NCBI GenBank assembly: GCA_046563655.1
Contig: CM102288.1
Coordinates: forward strand, 1,240,001 to 1,304,000
Direction: 5' to 3'
DNA from: Yuukianura sp. NJ FZ-2021
Taxonomy: Eukaryota
DNA: 64,000 nucleotides
In this document: positions 26,501-39,582 of the stretch, one piece after another
How the letters are laid out: each line of letters begins with the position of its first letter
Position numbering within the stretch: position 1 is the stretch's first letter
Position numbers and translations under genes: made by a program
The notes under the pieces: model-generated
What the model saw: only the letters and a program-made list of their open reading frames with translations
Told to the model about the DNA's origin: nothing
Database searches by the model: none

Positions 26501-29500
26501 GAATAGCGTTTGGGTGACGGACTGCGTCCACTTCCGCTTTCACCAGGGGGAGCCAAGAAATGGGTTCTGATGAGACTGTCTATAGACACAGCACGAGGAC
26601 GACATGATGAAATGTCTTCATTCTCCAGACTTCGGCGTCTGCGCGGAAGGCGCGGAGTTCCGAGGGCAAAGTTAGGGTCAACGACTCCAGTATTCGAACT
26701 GCCGACTCCCCCCAAAAACGTACCCTGTGTTCCAAATTGGTTCCAGTGACTAGGACTACTGGATGTCGTCGATGATTGATTTTTGGGCAGTTGGGAGTTG
26801 AGGAGGCGCGCAAAGCGCGAAAATCCTTTCGCGCCACTGCTACCTCCAGTATTATACGGAGATGTTGTTGGTGGAGGTGCGGCGGAAGTCGCAGGATGCG
26901 GAAATGGCGCGGGAAAGCCCAAGTTTCCATTACAAGAGTCACCTCCACCAACACTGATTGGTGACACATTGGAAGTGGAACAAGTTGACAACGGACCGGT
27001 GAAAATAGTGTTAAGGTTCCAGGAAGATTCGTGTGGTGAGTCACGGTAAATTGATGGATTACTCAGACCTGAAACATTGAAAAAAAAAAAAGTCAAAACT
27101 GAATTTTGAAAACCTCAAAACCTGTTTTTAGAAAGCATCTAATGAATCATTCTCGCTTTCAAAAGAAACACATGCAAAAGTCAAGCACCTAAGTTCAAAC
27201 AACGCAAAAAAATAGTTTGCAAACAAAAAATCATATTCTACTTTCTAAAAACTGCACCCCAGAAGCTTTGAAATGAATTTGTTCTAAAATTAATTCGAGC
27301 TACACTCATAGAATTCCAAATATGGAAAAAATTTAAATAATAAAAACATTAATCTTGAAGTTTTAGCATATTTTGGCGATATTAATTAAGACTTTTGAAT
27401 CTCAAATTTTCTTCTGCTTCCTTTCTCTCTTCGTTAAAAACTTCCTAATGACTTCCTTTAGAGATGCTACTCTGCCAAGTTGCTACAGGGAAGTATTAAC
27501 AGGAAATGAAGTGCAGACGGAAAGATGTTAGGGAAGCGGAAAATTCCAAATTTACTTTCTCTTCTTTCCGAAAATAATTCCATTTCAAATTCAACCGCTT
27601 CTTTTCTTTAGTGACTCATTATCTTTCTTTTTCTTTAGAAATTGCGCTTTCTCTTAACTTTTAGTAAGAAAAAGAAACAGAAAAAATTCAGATATGAGCG
27701 TTTTTTCCTATGTTCAGACATCGAATGACAGTTTGTGGTTTCGACTCTGGACTTTTTTTTTTGAAAAACCGAATCGGTGGAAAGAATAAATTAGATGTTG
27801 ATTTCCTTTTTCTTTTGCTTTTCTGTCTCTTTTTTGTTTGCTTTTCTTGTCTAATGCAGCAGTTTATAACTTGAAGAAGGAATAACTCAAAGAATTGTGA
27901 AAGGAAAGGAGAGAGTAAACAGGAAAATTAAGAAGAGGGTGAAAATCTAATCAAAATTTTGAAGTTAGAGGAGTTCTTTTCGCTTTCTTCGAAAAACAGT
28001 TAATGAATGGCTCCATATTGATGGAGTTCCTTCTTTCAGGAAACGTCCAGAAGAAACACAATCCAAAAAACGAAATGTTCATCCAGACTTTCTTTTTTTC
28101 AAAAAAGTTTTTAGAAAATAGGACTGTCTCTAGTGGTTCTAAGTTTTTGGAAATGGAAAAACGAAGGCTTTCACTTTCACTCTTGAAACATTCAAACACG
28201 CACCTCAAAATTAGTTCAATTAGGTTCAGGAACAAAGGAAATATAAGTTGGCCATTCGGAGAGAGAAAAAGCAAGAAATGAAAAGTTCAAAGCTTTCTCT
28301 TTCTAACTAAAAATCTTTTTGAAACCAAAAATTTAGTATATGCATGCCTAGAAAATGTGGTTCACGTCTCGGTGGTGGCGTTCCGGCGATCGAAGATGAA
28401 GGTGACCCAGAACCAGTGAGAAACTGAACGTAGTCGACCCCTGGAGTAGAGAAATCACCTGAGAATAACAAGTTCAAATTGGATTCAAAATTTTATGAAA
28501 AGTCAAATTGCTAAATTTTCGACTTTTGTGAACCTTGTGTTCATTTCATTTAAATTTTTATTGTCTCTGGAAAACAAAAGTAGTTGAATGAAATAGATTT
28601 TATGAGGTTCAAATTTTCCAAGTTTTGAAAGCACTAGCATTCGAGTGCATCTAAATTTAAATAACTACTACATTAAGAGGACCCCAAATTAGTCTGACGG
28701 TTACAGGAAAAAGGAAAATGGAAATTTTGCTTTCTCTTGTCGAAACATCAGTTTTCTGATAAAATGGAAATCAAAATTTCTCCTCTCTTGGAAAGTTTTT
28801 TTGAAAGCCTGGGAAAGGAAATGACAAAGTCAACATTCCGAACTTTTTGAAAACCAAAAGCCTTTAGGTGTCATTTAGAAAAAGTAGTTGAAAATGCTAA
28901 TTCGCCGGCTTTAATTCAATTACAACTTTCACTTTTCACTCCCCAGAGCTATTGACTAATCCTTTGAAACGTCAGAAACTCTTCTCCTCCTGTCCCGTTA
29001 TTTCTAAAATCAAAACTTTTCAAAAACCCAATTTTCAAATTTCTTTTTTGTAGCATTAGGCCTTTAGGCTTCGTTTTTTGGCTTTTAAACTTTATATCTT
29101 TTTCAGCTCCAATTTTCCGAATGATCCTGATGCCACTGAACTTTTGATGTTCCGTGAGCATTACACGGCCTTTTTGATTTTATCAATTGAATCGAATGCT
29201 CTTCCGCCTTTTCTGAAAAGAGATTTCCTTTTTCTAGAAAAAAAACAGGATTTCAAATAGGATTGAAAAAAGTGCTCATCAAAATCTAGTACAGGAAGTC
29301 CAGACTTAAAAGGATGGAAAGCATAAACTCTTTTCTTTTCTACTTTCTCTTTTTTTCCAAACTTTTTTCTCGAAGTTTTTTTTAAAGCACGGAAATGCTA
29401 TCCTGAAGGAAATGGATAGGAACTGAAACGGAATAAACTAAAAAAGAGAAAGCCAAAGTTGGAATCCACTTTCTCCTGGAGCCTATAACACTATTTTAGG

Positions 29501-30002
29501 TTTGTGAAAGTCTATTGTGATAAGTCTTTAGGTTATAAGGTTCGTTTTCATTGAAAATTGGATGAGGACGTGTCGGATGCCTTACTTTTGCTATGCGGAT
29601 GCCCTGGAAGAGTACTGGAGCCTCCAGGACCACTGGAACTTGACGTTCCAGGCACAGTTCCACTTGGAGAAATATTTCCACTTCCAGCACAGCCTCCGCC
29701 TGCTTTTACCAATTGAGCTTGAAGAATGGAAAAGGGAACAATAATTGCTGGAACTGTTCTGGAACGAATGAGGGGTGGAACGCGACTCTTCTTGGAACTT
29801 CTGGATAGATGAGCATGGGCGTCTCCTTTTCCAAAAACAACTTCTGGACCAACACTAAAAAAATCAAAAATTTGTCAACATTTTCAAAAAATAAAAATCT
29901 TCAAAAATGTGTAAAACAAAAAACAGCAGGAGTCTCTTTCACCAAAAATCCAATCATCATTCACATTTTTCTGAAAAACTTTCTCCAGAACTTCCGATGC
30001 AT
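8535..30002 (-). CDS. wake: wide awake / ANKFN1 (ankyrin repeats + fibronectin type III + C-terminal Ras-association domain), ~1496 aa; 18 exons
   Basis: Minus-strand exons 30002-29965, 29854-29586, 28458-28366, 27068-26445, 23355-23277, 23144-23041, 21671-21465, 20183-20070, 16622-16428, 15928-15637, 14410-14278, 14172-14059, 13973-13767, 13647-13478, 12750-12484, 11948-11807, 11367-11254, 9863-8535 (4491 nt, phases consistent). Ankyrin: AVEGGNLGKVKTFLETSDVDLN...DGLTVLDLAV. FN3: PPDAPTKVTLDVIG...RVFFRVSCGNCAGYG...VVPSSWRD. ANKFN1 core: LPTIEIDETFPSSLHNDFHWLLKVACTWEDVK, KIRDNPHVSSEEW. RA domain: GIIQVYAAYDCGLSPGTSVRLQIT...VIGARERCLRGDFRPLHLQNPWKSGRLFVR. The first four exons are less certain than the core. 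Confidence 0.9.
12130..12455. repeat. Clusters of (A/G)CCTAA / TTAGG-like short repeats in a wake intron
   Basis: agcctaagttagcctaacctaatctgagcctactttagcctaacc (~12131-12175) and ctaacctaatccaagttagcctaacatgcctaacctaatctaagttaggctaacctaatccaag (~12391-12454). Confidence 0.55.
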
Positions 30003-30163
30003 AAGATGAGCTCGAAACGATTCTGCTCCTTCTTGCGCATGAGCCAAGGTGCGCGCTTCATTAAGCAAACTAGCGTTCCAGAACTTTGACTTTTAAAAGT
30101 TGCCTTAACAAAAGTTCCAGTGAATCACTTTCACTTCTGTACAATTCATTCCTTAGTCACAGC

Positions 30164-30229
30164 AGTGAAAGTTGGCCTGATTCAGGGCCGTAATTGTAGG
30201 AGTGAAAGTTGGCCTGATTCAGGGCCGTA
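30164..30229. repeat. Perfect 29-bp direct repeat upstream of the wake start codon
   Basis: agtgaaagttggcctgattcagggccgta occurs at 30164-30192 and 30201-30229 with an 8-nt spacer. Confidence 0.85.
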
Positions 30230-33200
30230 TCACTCCAATCACTGTCCCAATTTCTCTTCAGAGACTACTTGAACCTTGATTTGTAGAATCTAATAGTGTT
30301 TTAGAAGCACTTGAAGCTGTCAAAGGTCAAGTGGCTGTTGACCCTTAAGTGTCCATTGGCCATTAATTGGATTTCTAGAATCCTGGAATCCTCAACGCCC
30401 CATTTCCTCCCTCTCTCTCATTAATTGCTCCATAAATTTTTGATGGGAAGACAATGGACGACGTTGGCTCGAATCCACCCCGGTAAGAAAACAGCCCATT
30501 CATGCTGCCACAAAATGACTCCCGGATTACAAAAAAAAGCGGGTGAAATGTGAAAAAAGAAAGGAGAAAACATTTTGAGCATGGAATGGCCTTTTTCATT
30601 CCCATACGACCTCAACTTCACACTTTGAGCAAACATACTCCGTTTCTGGAAAGAAAGAAACATCAGTGTCACTTTTTTTAAAAAGAGAAAATTGGATGCA
30701 AAGACATTAGTACGAAACCACAAAAAAAGAACAATTGAGTCCAATTCACTTGAATGACTCCCTTACGCCCACTTCGAGAACAAGAAAACTTCAATTCCAA
30801 TTTCTACATATGCCTAAACATTAAATTTTCTTCTTGAAATTTGACTTTTACAGTTACGAAGCGAGAACAAAGGAACAAGATCATCTTGAAAATTTGAACG
30901 AGCGCATCTTGAAAAATTTTTAACAAAGAACAGGAAATATGGAATTGGCACGTTCGAGAAAATAAGAAAAGGGGTTGAAAAAAGAGAAACTAACAAGGAT
31001 GACACGTCGTTCCAATTTTCTCAATTTTCACCTTGGCCTTGGACGTGTGTTATATTTTGTAAAAAGGCGGGAAAACACAGTTGAAAGTTGGCACAAGACT
31101 TAATCCGATTTCGTAAGCACGTACTGCGGCGGAGAAAGATTCTAGCAAGTTCTATAGTTTTTGGTAGAGCCTTAGAATTTGTCTCAAAAGAAAAGAAAGT
31201 TGAGCCTTTGAAATTATGGATAGTCATTTACTGCCAAGGGTAACCTATGTTTCATACTTCCAGCAGCATGCCATTGGTTCAACTGTGTTAGTCCAACAGT
31301 AATTGGATCAACTAAAAATGCTCAACTAAAATTTCGGTTCAATTGTTCAATGAGGCGTCTGAACCAATACGCTGTTCAATCAATTTTTGCTATGTTGAAC
31401 GCTATTTTTTGTAGCAGACTGAAATTTATTGCGTTGAGGCTTGTAAAATGATGGTTTAAAATCATTTTGAACCAATAGCTGTTGGACAAATTGTTGTCTA
31501 ACCGATGTATCAACGTTATCGGATTCTCTGGATTCTAATCTAACTTTCTTCAGTAAAACTTTCTTCCACTTTTCCGGCCACGTAACTTCCCCGACGACCC
31601 TCACGGCAATTAAGATTAAACTCCCTTTGCCCCAAAGTTTCACACTTCAGACTTACTCCAACCACGCCCCCTCCCTCCACAATGGAACGAAAATCTTTAA
31701 ATTGGATTACGAATTTTCAAAAAAAAAAGTTATCTTGGTTTTTTGGAAATTACGAAAAGTAAAAGTCCTCAACTTTCTCCTTTTCCCAAATTTAGATTTC
31801 GTGCCTGAAAATTGTGTCATTTAATGTAGGTCAACCGGAGTTCACTTAGCTCAGGAATTTGAGTAATTTTAGAAAACTGGAGAAAGTTACTTGTGTCGAA
31901 AAACGGAAATCAAAGGACCCCAAAAACAAAACATTTGAAATTCTTTTTTTTCGAAAATGTCAACTTTCAAAAACTGCTCATTTCCCAAAAGCAGCTGAAA
32001 ATTGATCATGAAAAGTTCTGAACAGGAGAGATCAAACAGGAGCTTTTCATTTTCCTTTCACCTGAGCTCCTGTTTCATATCTCAAAGGCACATCCAACTC
32101 ACGTTACTATACAGCTAATGTTAGGCTATTCATAAATAACTTTATCTCCACCAACACACTTTTCACACACACTACATTATAGAAATTATATTATATTAAT
32201 CAAATCAGAACTCTACAAAGCGAAAGAGAAACAACAGGGCAAAGTGTGCTTCTAATTTAATTTTAGTCTTCTTAGTCTTTCAAGCCCAGGAGCCAACTTT
32301 GTGTTATTTTAAGACTTAAATGTAAATAACTCAATTTGGACGAAGAGTGATCAAATCATCTTCAGTGTGCTGTAAACTAAATTGTAAATTCCGTTCTTTA
32401 CTTAAGCACTTTCTCTTCCTTAGCTTTCACTGCTGTTAGTGTTTGCTATTGTAGAAAGTGTGGATAGGCCAGTGACACGAGAGATTGCAAAGTCAGGTTA
32501 TAAGAATTGATTTTACTGGAAGAAGATTAAGGTGGTGTGGCAAACCTTCTCTTTGGTCGTGGGTTTTACCAGCCAAATCTGAAAGTCTGAAACTCAGAAA
32601 CTATTCAAGCTTCGTTGAGGCGTCTAGCAGGGCGTTATTTGGAGAAAGGAATATTTGAAAACGAAATTCCTGACAGTGACACATGACACTTGACAAGGGG
32701 ATTGGGGTGGCTTTTGAACAAAAAAAACTACAACCATCCACAACACTACGGATCTCTTCAATTATTAATTCAACTTTTTGATAAGTTCAAGAAGCAGTGC
32801 TTTTTCTGTTCGTTTTTGAAATTTGAATTCCAACTTTCTCCTTTTCAACTTTCTTTTGTGTAGGATCAAGAGGGTTGTTTGAACATTTGGTTTTTTGAGT
32901 TTAAGAAAAACAAGAAAAAAACAAACAAGGAACAAAAGGCACTTGTAAGAAAACAAAATTTTAAATTCAAATTGTACTTTTTAACCTACTTTTGGTACGT
33001 TTTTGAAATCATGCAGAGTGTTGCATGTTTCGTACTATACCTAGGTTACCGTAAATGGTAAACGTGGGAAATTGGATAATGACAAAACTGTAGGTTGTGA
33101 GTTTTGGCTTTTGAAATTTGAGTTCCTTGACTCTCCCCTTTTGTTCCGTTAGATCTTTATCAAATGGATTTCGAAATTTCAGAAAATGAGAAAATGGAAA

Positions 33201-36200
33201 GAAAGCACGAACGTGAGTTACAAAAAACTTGGCTGAGTTGACTTATTTTTTGTTACTTCGGAACAAGAATTTTTGCTTTTTTGGAGAAAGTGAAACATGG
33301 ATTTTCGTTTTTTTTTAATGTTGACAGTAAAGCGTTTCCGTCCGGTTCAGCCGGATTTGGACCAGAAAATAACAAAAGTCATGAATAATAGCAGACTTGA
33401 TGACAGTAACATTAAGAATAACTTTTGGTTGTCTAAACTTTTGGAGCACGTTTCACGCCAAATTTACACCCAAACTTTGCAAAATTTTGGAAAGTTGTGT
33501 TGAAACACACAACAGAAAGTTTTCAAAATTTCAGTGTCACAGTCACATACTTTTTTCATCCCTAGTTTCCACAATTCCACACCTCCCACACACCGAAATT
33601 TAAAAACAAAACAAAATTTACATGCTATAGGTTTATTTTTTTTTGAAATTTTGAAAAATTGGTCTTACTTTTTCTCCTTTTTGATTGCAATTTTCTTTTT
33701 GAAAACTCTGCGAACTCTTAGGAGTAGAAAAGCCGCCTTGTCAATGCTCAGTGGTTTGTCCACTTTACTTGAATGTGACTCCATCGTCAACTCTCACTTT
33801 TCACCCTGTTTTCCCTCTGTTCACACTCTATCTTAACCTAAAACTTAGAAAACATTAGTTTTAGTGCAGTACTAAATTTTGAAAAATGGCACATTTTCAA
33901 TTTTACTAAAAATTGTAGTAAGTTTTTAAACAAAGAAGGAAGTTAGGATGGAAGGTTTTTGAAATCTGAAGGGTGAGTCACAGAAGCCCATTTCTTCCGC
34001 GTCTGTTGAAGGTTTGTGTTAAACTGAAGCTGAATTCAAAGCTACCTTTTGAGTAAAGGAACAAGAAACTCAAACGCCCAACTTCGGATGTCCCGCTTTC
34101 CAACTTTCTCCACATTCTAGAACTCTCTCAAACGGAAACGTCCGAACCACTACATAGTTTTCCGAACTGGAATTTCACAGACGAAGGAGACCTGCAGAAG
34201 GTCTCCTACTCAAATTTTTTTTTGTAGTGAATGTCTTGCCGATTGCTTGATTGGACATTTCGAGACAGTAGTTTCCGTTCATCAGCGTCCTGTCATGCTT
34301 TCACCACTGCCGTCTTCCATTCCTCTTAGCTACCCTCTCAACTCTTAACTTTGGATCGTGTCCAGCAGAGACCAGCTCCTTCTCACTTGGAAATTGGATT
34401 GTGGAGATAAATTCCAAATGTCAAGGGATACTTCACTCTCGATCTTCTCAAGTCCAAGTCAAAGGTCACCAAATGCTTGCGTGGATTCAATTTCCCCAAC
34501 GTCCACCAATGTCCACCGACCAAATCAAAGCGTCCCACTTCCGTCAAAGGAAGAGTGGAACCGTGTTCAAGTGGCGTGATTGAGTAAAGAGAGACTGTTA
34601 TGTGGCTAAGGTTAGATTTAAGTGTAACTTCAAAGAAGTCTTAAAACAACTTTGGATTGGCTATAAACCGATAAAATGGCGAACATTTCAAGTACTCACT
34701 GGACCTACTTGAAGATGCTGTGAAGTGGGTGGGCGTTTGTGGGAAGTTGGAAAACATCCAAGGAGAAAGTTCAATAAAGTGAAGACAAACCGGAAGTGGA
34801 AGCTGCGGACTTTCACTTTCAGTTCATCACGATTTCGATTCAACTTCCACGCTAGTGATATGGTGAACTTTCGTTAAAATTCAAATCATGAATTTTTCTT
34901 TTACTTCGAAGAAAGTATGACTGAAAAAATTAAGTGAAATTCCAAGTCGTTTGAACATCTCGAGCTGTGAGGTACTAAAATAAAAATATTTTAAAGTTGA
35001 AGAATTTCTGAATGCTTTACGATACAATCCTTCTTTGTTGCTAAATTAAAAATAATCTCAAAATAAAATTGTGTTTAAATTTTGAAAATTTTGAATTTTA
35101 AATTTGGACGAAGGTGGAAAGTGACTTCATTTTCTTTGAAACACTTTCAGTTCCGGTTCACGCTTTTAGCCTCGTTTCTAACAATTTGGTGAGTTTGTAA
35201 TTTTAAAATTGTGGTTGTTTTCAAACAGTTCAGCGAAACGATTTAAATTTCTTCGTACCCCCATCCTTCATACATTCATGTTTGTGTGAGAGGCGGGAAA
35301 GTTTTAGTTATTTATTCACTACCCATTTTGTTTTTCTCTGAATCCACTCCACCTTCCAGGTTTGTAACTTAAAATAACTGGAGTTCTGACAGTTGTAAAC
35401 AAGGTTGTCTTTGAAAGATTGAGCAGCTTTTGAAATACTTTGAAGTGATTGGGTTGTGGGCGAAAGTATAATTTTGCGTTTCCGCCAACATTTGAAACAT
35501 TTGGAATAGTACTACATGGGAGTCAAAGCCCGACATTCAAAACCACGCTTCTTCCTTACCGTAAATTTTGACTAATGGCTTCGTTTCAAATTTTTCGTCA
35601 GTGTGTATCTTGAAAGTGAAAGTTAAAATGAGCTCTCGGCTTCTATTGGAAACTTTACGGTACTTCGCACAATCCAGGAACTAGACGAAAGACGCAAACT
35701 GCTGTAGCAAAGCAGTTAAAAGTTGTGCCAATGAAATGAATCACTGAAAAAATTTCTAAATCCAGAGACACCTCGACTCCTCCAAAAATATAAACAAGTT
35801 CAACCTACAATAATTCCTGCTGATTTTACAAGCACTTTTGTGCTTTTACTTTTTTTTTTTTTAAATTTTGAAAAACAAACTACGTTTTGTAACCAGCGTA
35901 AAAACGTTAGTCATAACTATAAATCCTGCAACCTCGTCATTAGTTCAAGTTTTACGTAAATATTTTCAAGCCAACCCGCAAGTCACACCCTATTACTCAT
36001 CGTCACACAATTTTGTTTAAATCATTCAACTCTACACGTGAAAAACACAACAGCCACTTTACAAAATTTTCAAAATTTGTTGCACAAAAAACAAAATTTT
36101 GAAGTTTGGTAAGTTTTATTTGTCTTTCTGAAATATGTAATTCGGGGTGTGGAAATCCTATTATCTGACACCTTTATTCTTCATTCCCGGTTTTCAAAAA

Positions 36201-37836
36201 AAAAATGTTTGAAACTGGATCAAACTGAAACCATTATTGTTGTTCCTAATGGGTCTTCCATTAAGTTTTTGGCCAAATTAGTAATTGGAGTGCGTCCATC
36301 TCTTAACACATGCATTTCTGTTTTAAATAAAAGTTGCATTGTCCCACCCCATCATTTTCCCGGTTGTTTCAAGTTTTGCCGCCTTGGCCTCTAGGCAGGA
36401 AGCAGGAAGTAAAATTTTGGCACAAAATGAAGTTTTAGTCTAAATCTGTCCAGATGAGTTCCAAATTTTACGCTTTTCCTTACTCCTTGTCATCTGTCCT
36501 TGTAAACTAAGAAGATGCGGAAGAGGCCCGGCTGAAGAGAACCTAAAAGTGGAAGGATTAGAACATCCATCCAGCACAGAACAGAAACTTACCTAAAAAT
36601 AGGATGTTACTTGTTCTAAAAAATAGAAACTCCAGACGAGAGAGTGCATCAGTCTAACAACTTTTGTCAAAGGAGAAACAAGGAAAAGTTTCCATTCTGT
36701 CTTTTCACTTTCGTCGGAGCGAACCTGCCTTTTGTTCTTCTCGGGAAAAGTGTTACAAAAAACAGGAAAAGTGATAGGCTATTTTAGTCTTTTCTGCGTG
36801 ACCAAACGACCCACATTCTAAGGACACTTTTCAATTAATTTTGGGCAAAACTACTTAAAAAGCAGGTAAGTTTTGTAAACAAACCATTTAAGTGTCCCTG
36901 TTATTGTGGGCGAGTGTTTTCGTACTTTCGGTTTTCAATTTTCGAATTGAAGTGAATTCCGAATTGAAAAAAAATTATAGTAAAGTTTCAGATTTTGCAC
37001 TTTTTGGTTCCAAGTTAAGTTTAAAGTAAGCAGTGTTTAGAATTTTGATGTTTGGACGGTCCGTGACCCACTGACTTCGAAATTTTGAACAGAAAAAGTA
37101 AGTTTTGGCTAATTATGTTGTTGGTCATAATTTTGGTCTGTTCAGTTTGTTATTTTTTGAAAACGAGGAAACCCGGGTTCTGGATTTTCGGAATTTTTAG
37201 GCCATGATTTCTAAAACTCAAACTACACGTACATTAGTACTGAAAAAATGAAGTTTGTTGTGACTGGAAAAGCAGATGTAGAATTTTTTGACATAAATTT
37301 CTAACAAATTCTGAAAGGTAAGTGTGAAACCTAATTTTGACTTTTACGTGGAAATGTTTTAACTAAATTGGGTCAATGAGTTTTTTCTATTTATGGGTCT
37401 AACTTAATATTGTTGAGCGAAATATTCCTTTTGAAGCATTGCAAAAAAGAGAAAGTAATCGATTGATGAGCACATGAGGAAATAGCGTGCCTAAAAGTTT
37501 GTGAAGAGAAAGCATTTATTAGTCATCCAGGGGCTGTTAAACTCGGCCTAATCTCCAGCGACTATTACTTTTGTAATCTCCAGAATCTACTGTAATTAGA
37601 TATACAACTACTTTTCAAAATTATCAAAAAATTTCAAAAGAGATACGAGTGAGAAGTACGAGTAAGTCTTACTCCACGAATCCCAAAAATAGACTAAACG
37701 CTAAACCAAATTTCGTTTTTTTGTTCCAAAATTTCACACTCATGCTTATACAGGTTCGCTTTCTTCCAAACGTCAAGTCTTAATTTTTAAACTTTCCTCG
37801 GCCGCCCGTCTAACCTTGCAAAATTCATCTTCATTT

Positions 37837-38365
37837 CAGTCTTGTACTGTCTTCCGTCTTCCAGTCTTCACGTCTTCCGAAGAGAAACAGCTGATTCGTC
37901 TTCCAGTCTTCCGTCTTCTGTCTTCCAGAGATTGATTCGTCTTCCGGTCTTCCATCTTCCGTCTTCCAGAGAATTTTTCGTCTTCCGATCTTCCGTCTTC
38001 CGTCTTCCAAAGAATTTTCAGTCTTCCGGTCTTCCGGCTTCCGTCTTCCAAAGAATTTTTCGTCTTCCGATCTTCCATCTTCCGTCTTCCAGAGAATTTT
38101 TCGTCTTCCGATCTTCCGGCTTCCGTCTTCCAAAGAATTTTCAGTCTTCCGGTCTTCCGGCTTCCGTCTTCCAGAGAATCTTTCGTCTTCCGGTCTTCCG
38201 GCTTCCGTCTTCCAGAGAATTTTTAGTCTTCCAGTCTTCCGGCTTCCGTCTTCCAGAGAATTTTTCGTCTTCCAGTCTTCCGTCTTCAAATCTTCCGGAA
38301 GTCGGAAGAATGAAGCCGGAAGACGTCTTCCATGGAAGAATCTTCCGGAAGACAGTACATCACTG
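37837..38365. mobile_element. Non-autonomous hAT-like element (529 bp) filled with a cttccgt minisatellite
   Basis: TIRs cagtcttgtactgtcttcc / ggaagacagtacatcactg. Identical 8-bp flanks cttcattt at 37829-37836 and 38366-38373. The interior consists of 7-bp cttccgt/cttccgg units in ~42-bp higher-order repeats (…tcttccagagaatttttcg…). An 8-bp TSD with CAG termini is typical of hAT elements. Confidence 0.88.
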
Positions 38366-39582
38366 CTTCATTTTAGCAAAAAAACTAAAACAGAAGAGAA
38401 ATTTGACAAAAAGTTTCTCTTTTTCATTTTTGTATGAATGATGAAGAAATTGAGAGTCAGTGCATTAGTACTTCCATGTCTTTCGGCCATGAATATTGTC
38501 TGGGTTTCGGAAAATTCGGATATTTCGATTGAGCTTCTTGATCCTTAGAACTTCCCGTATAATAACTTATGTTTCTTATGTTTCTCAATACCTTTAGGCT
38601 CCATTAAATACTATTAGACTTCAACCCACGCAAACCATCGACATCATCAACAGAGGCATTTACGTCCACGTTTTCTCTAACCCACATATCCCATACGTCA
38701 AAAAACCCACGACTTTTTCTAATTTCAAAATACTATAAAGAAATTATCCGAAAGCGACCATTGGAAAAGTACTTTCGGAAAATTTTAAGCAAACGCTGGA
38801 AATAGATTTTGTGCGAACACTTATAATTTATTAACTCTGGGCGTTAGTTTTTTTTTCTTCCGCCATTCTGTTTTTCACAACATTGTGTTTTTCGAAGGTT
38901 TTTCTGTTTTCCTAACTTTTTTTTTTCTAAAATTCAATTGACAATATGACAGTGAAAGTCAGTTGGAGGTTCGCAATAGAACGATAAAGCGTCACTTGTG
39001 CTTTCTCTTCGTCCACTTGACTCATGCATCACTTAATTCCTTCTGTTTTGTTCATTTCAGACTTGTGTGCTGACTTTGTCCGATTGGGAAAGAGAAATTG
39101 ACTGTCCAAAGTGCCTTCTCCCCTTGTGCATTATTGATAAAGTGGACAAGAAACGACGGACCAAGGAAGTCCAAGAATTCAACGACGACACACCTCAGTG
39201 AACTCATACTTGTGTCACTAGTGTTGCCAGGCAACTCAAAAAGTGAACAACAAAAGTAAGAACCGAAGTGGTAAAATCCAATTTTAGTATTGGAGGAACC
39301 ATGAATTAGCCCAGAGGCCTTCAGTTCGATTCTGACTTTCTCCGGAGCGTCACTTGTCAATCTTTGTCACTCAACCTGCTAGTGAACTTGACTTTGTAGT
39401 TGTAGCATTTGTACTTTGAGGTCAAAGGTCACCACTTCAAAATATCTCCAAAATCCGTTGAGCTATAGCCGAATCTAAAAAAAAATTCAAAAAAGTTTGT
39501 TCAAGAGAAACAACTCACAATCTGCAAAGATTTGCAAGAAATGCTGGAAGTTTGAAAACTTTTTTGAAGTGACGGACAAGTT

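Noticed and set aside
26510..27049. Several overlapping antisense and alternative-frame ORFs over wake exon 4
   Set aside because: Expected shadow ORFs of a GC-richer coding exon.
34358..34583. Ser/Pro-rich short ORFs between wake and Kir A
   Set aside because: Non-ATG starts and no homology recognised. Possibly a non-coding 5' exon.
37831..38441. Repetitive ORFs of 152, 80 and 199 aa
   Set aside because: They arise from the stop-poor minisatellite inside a TIR/TSD-bounded MITE and have no protein-family features.
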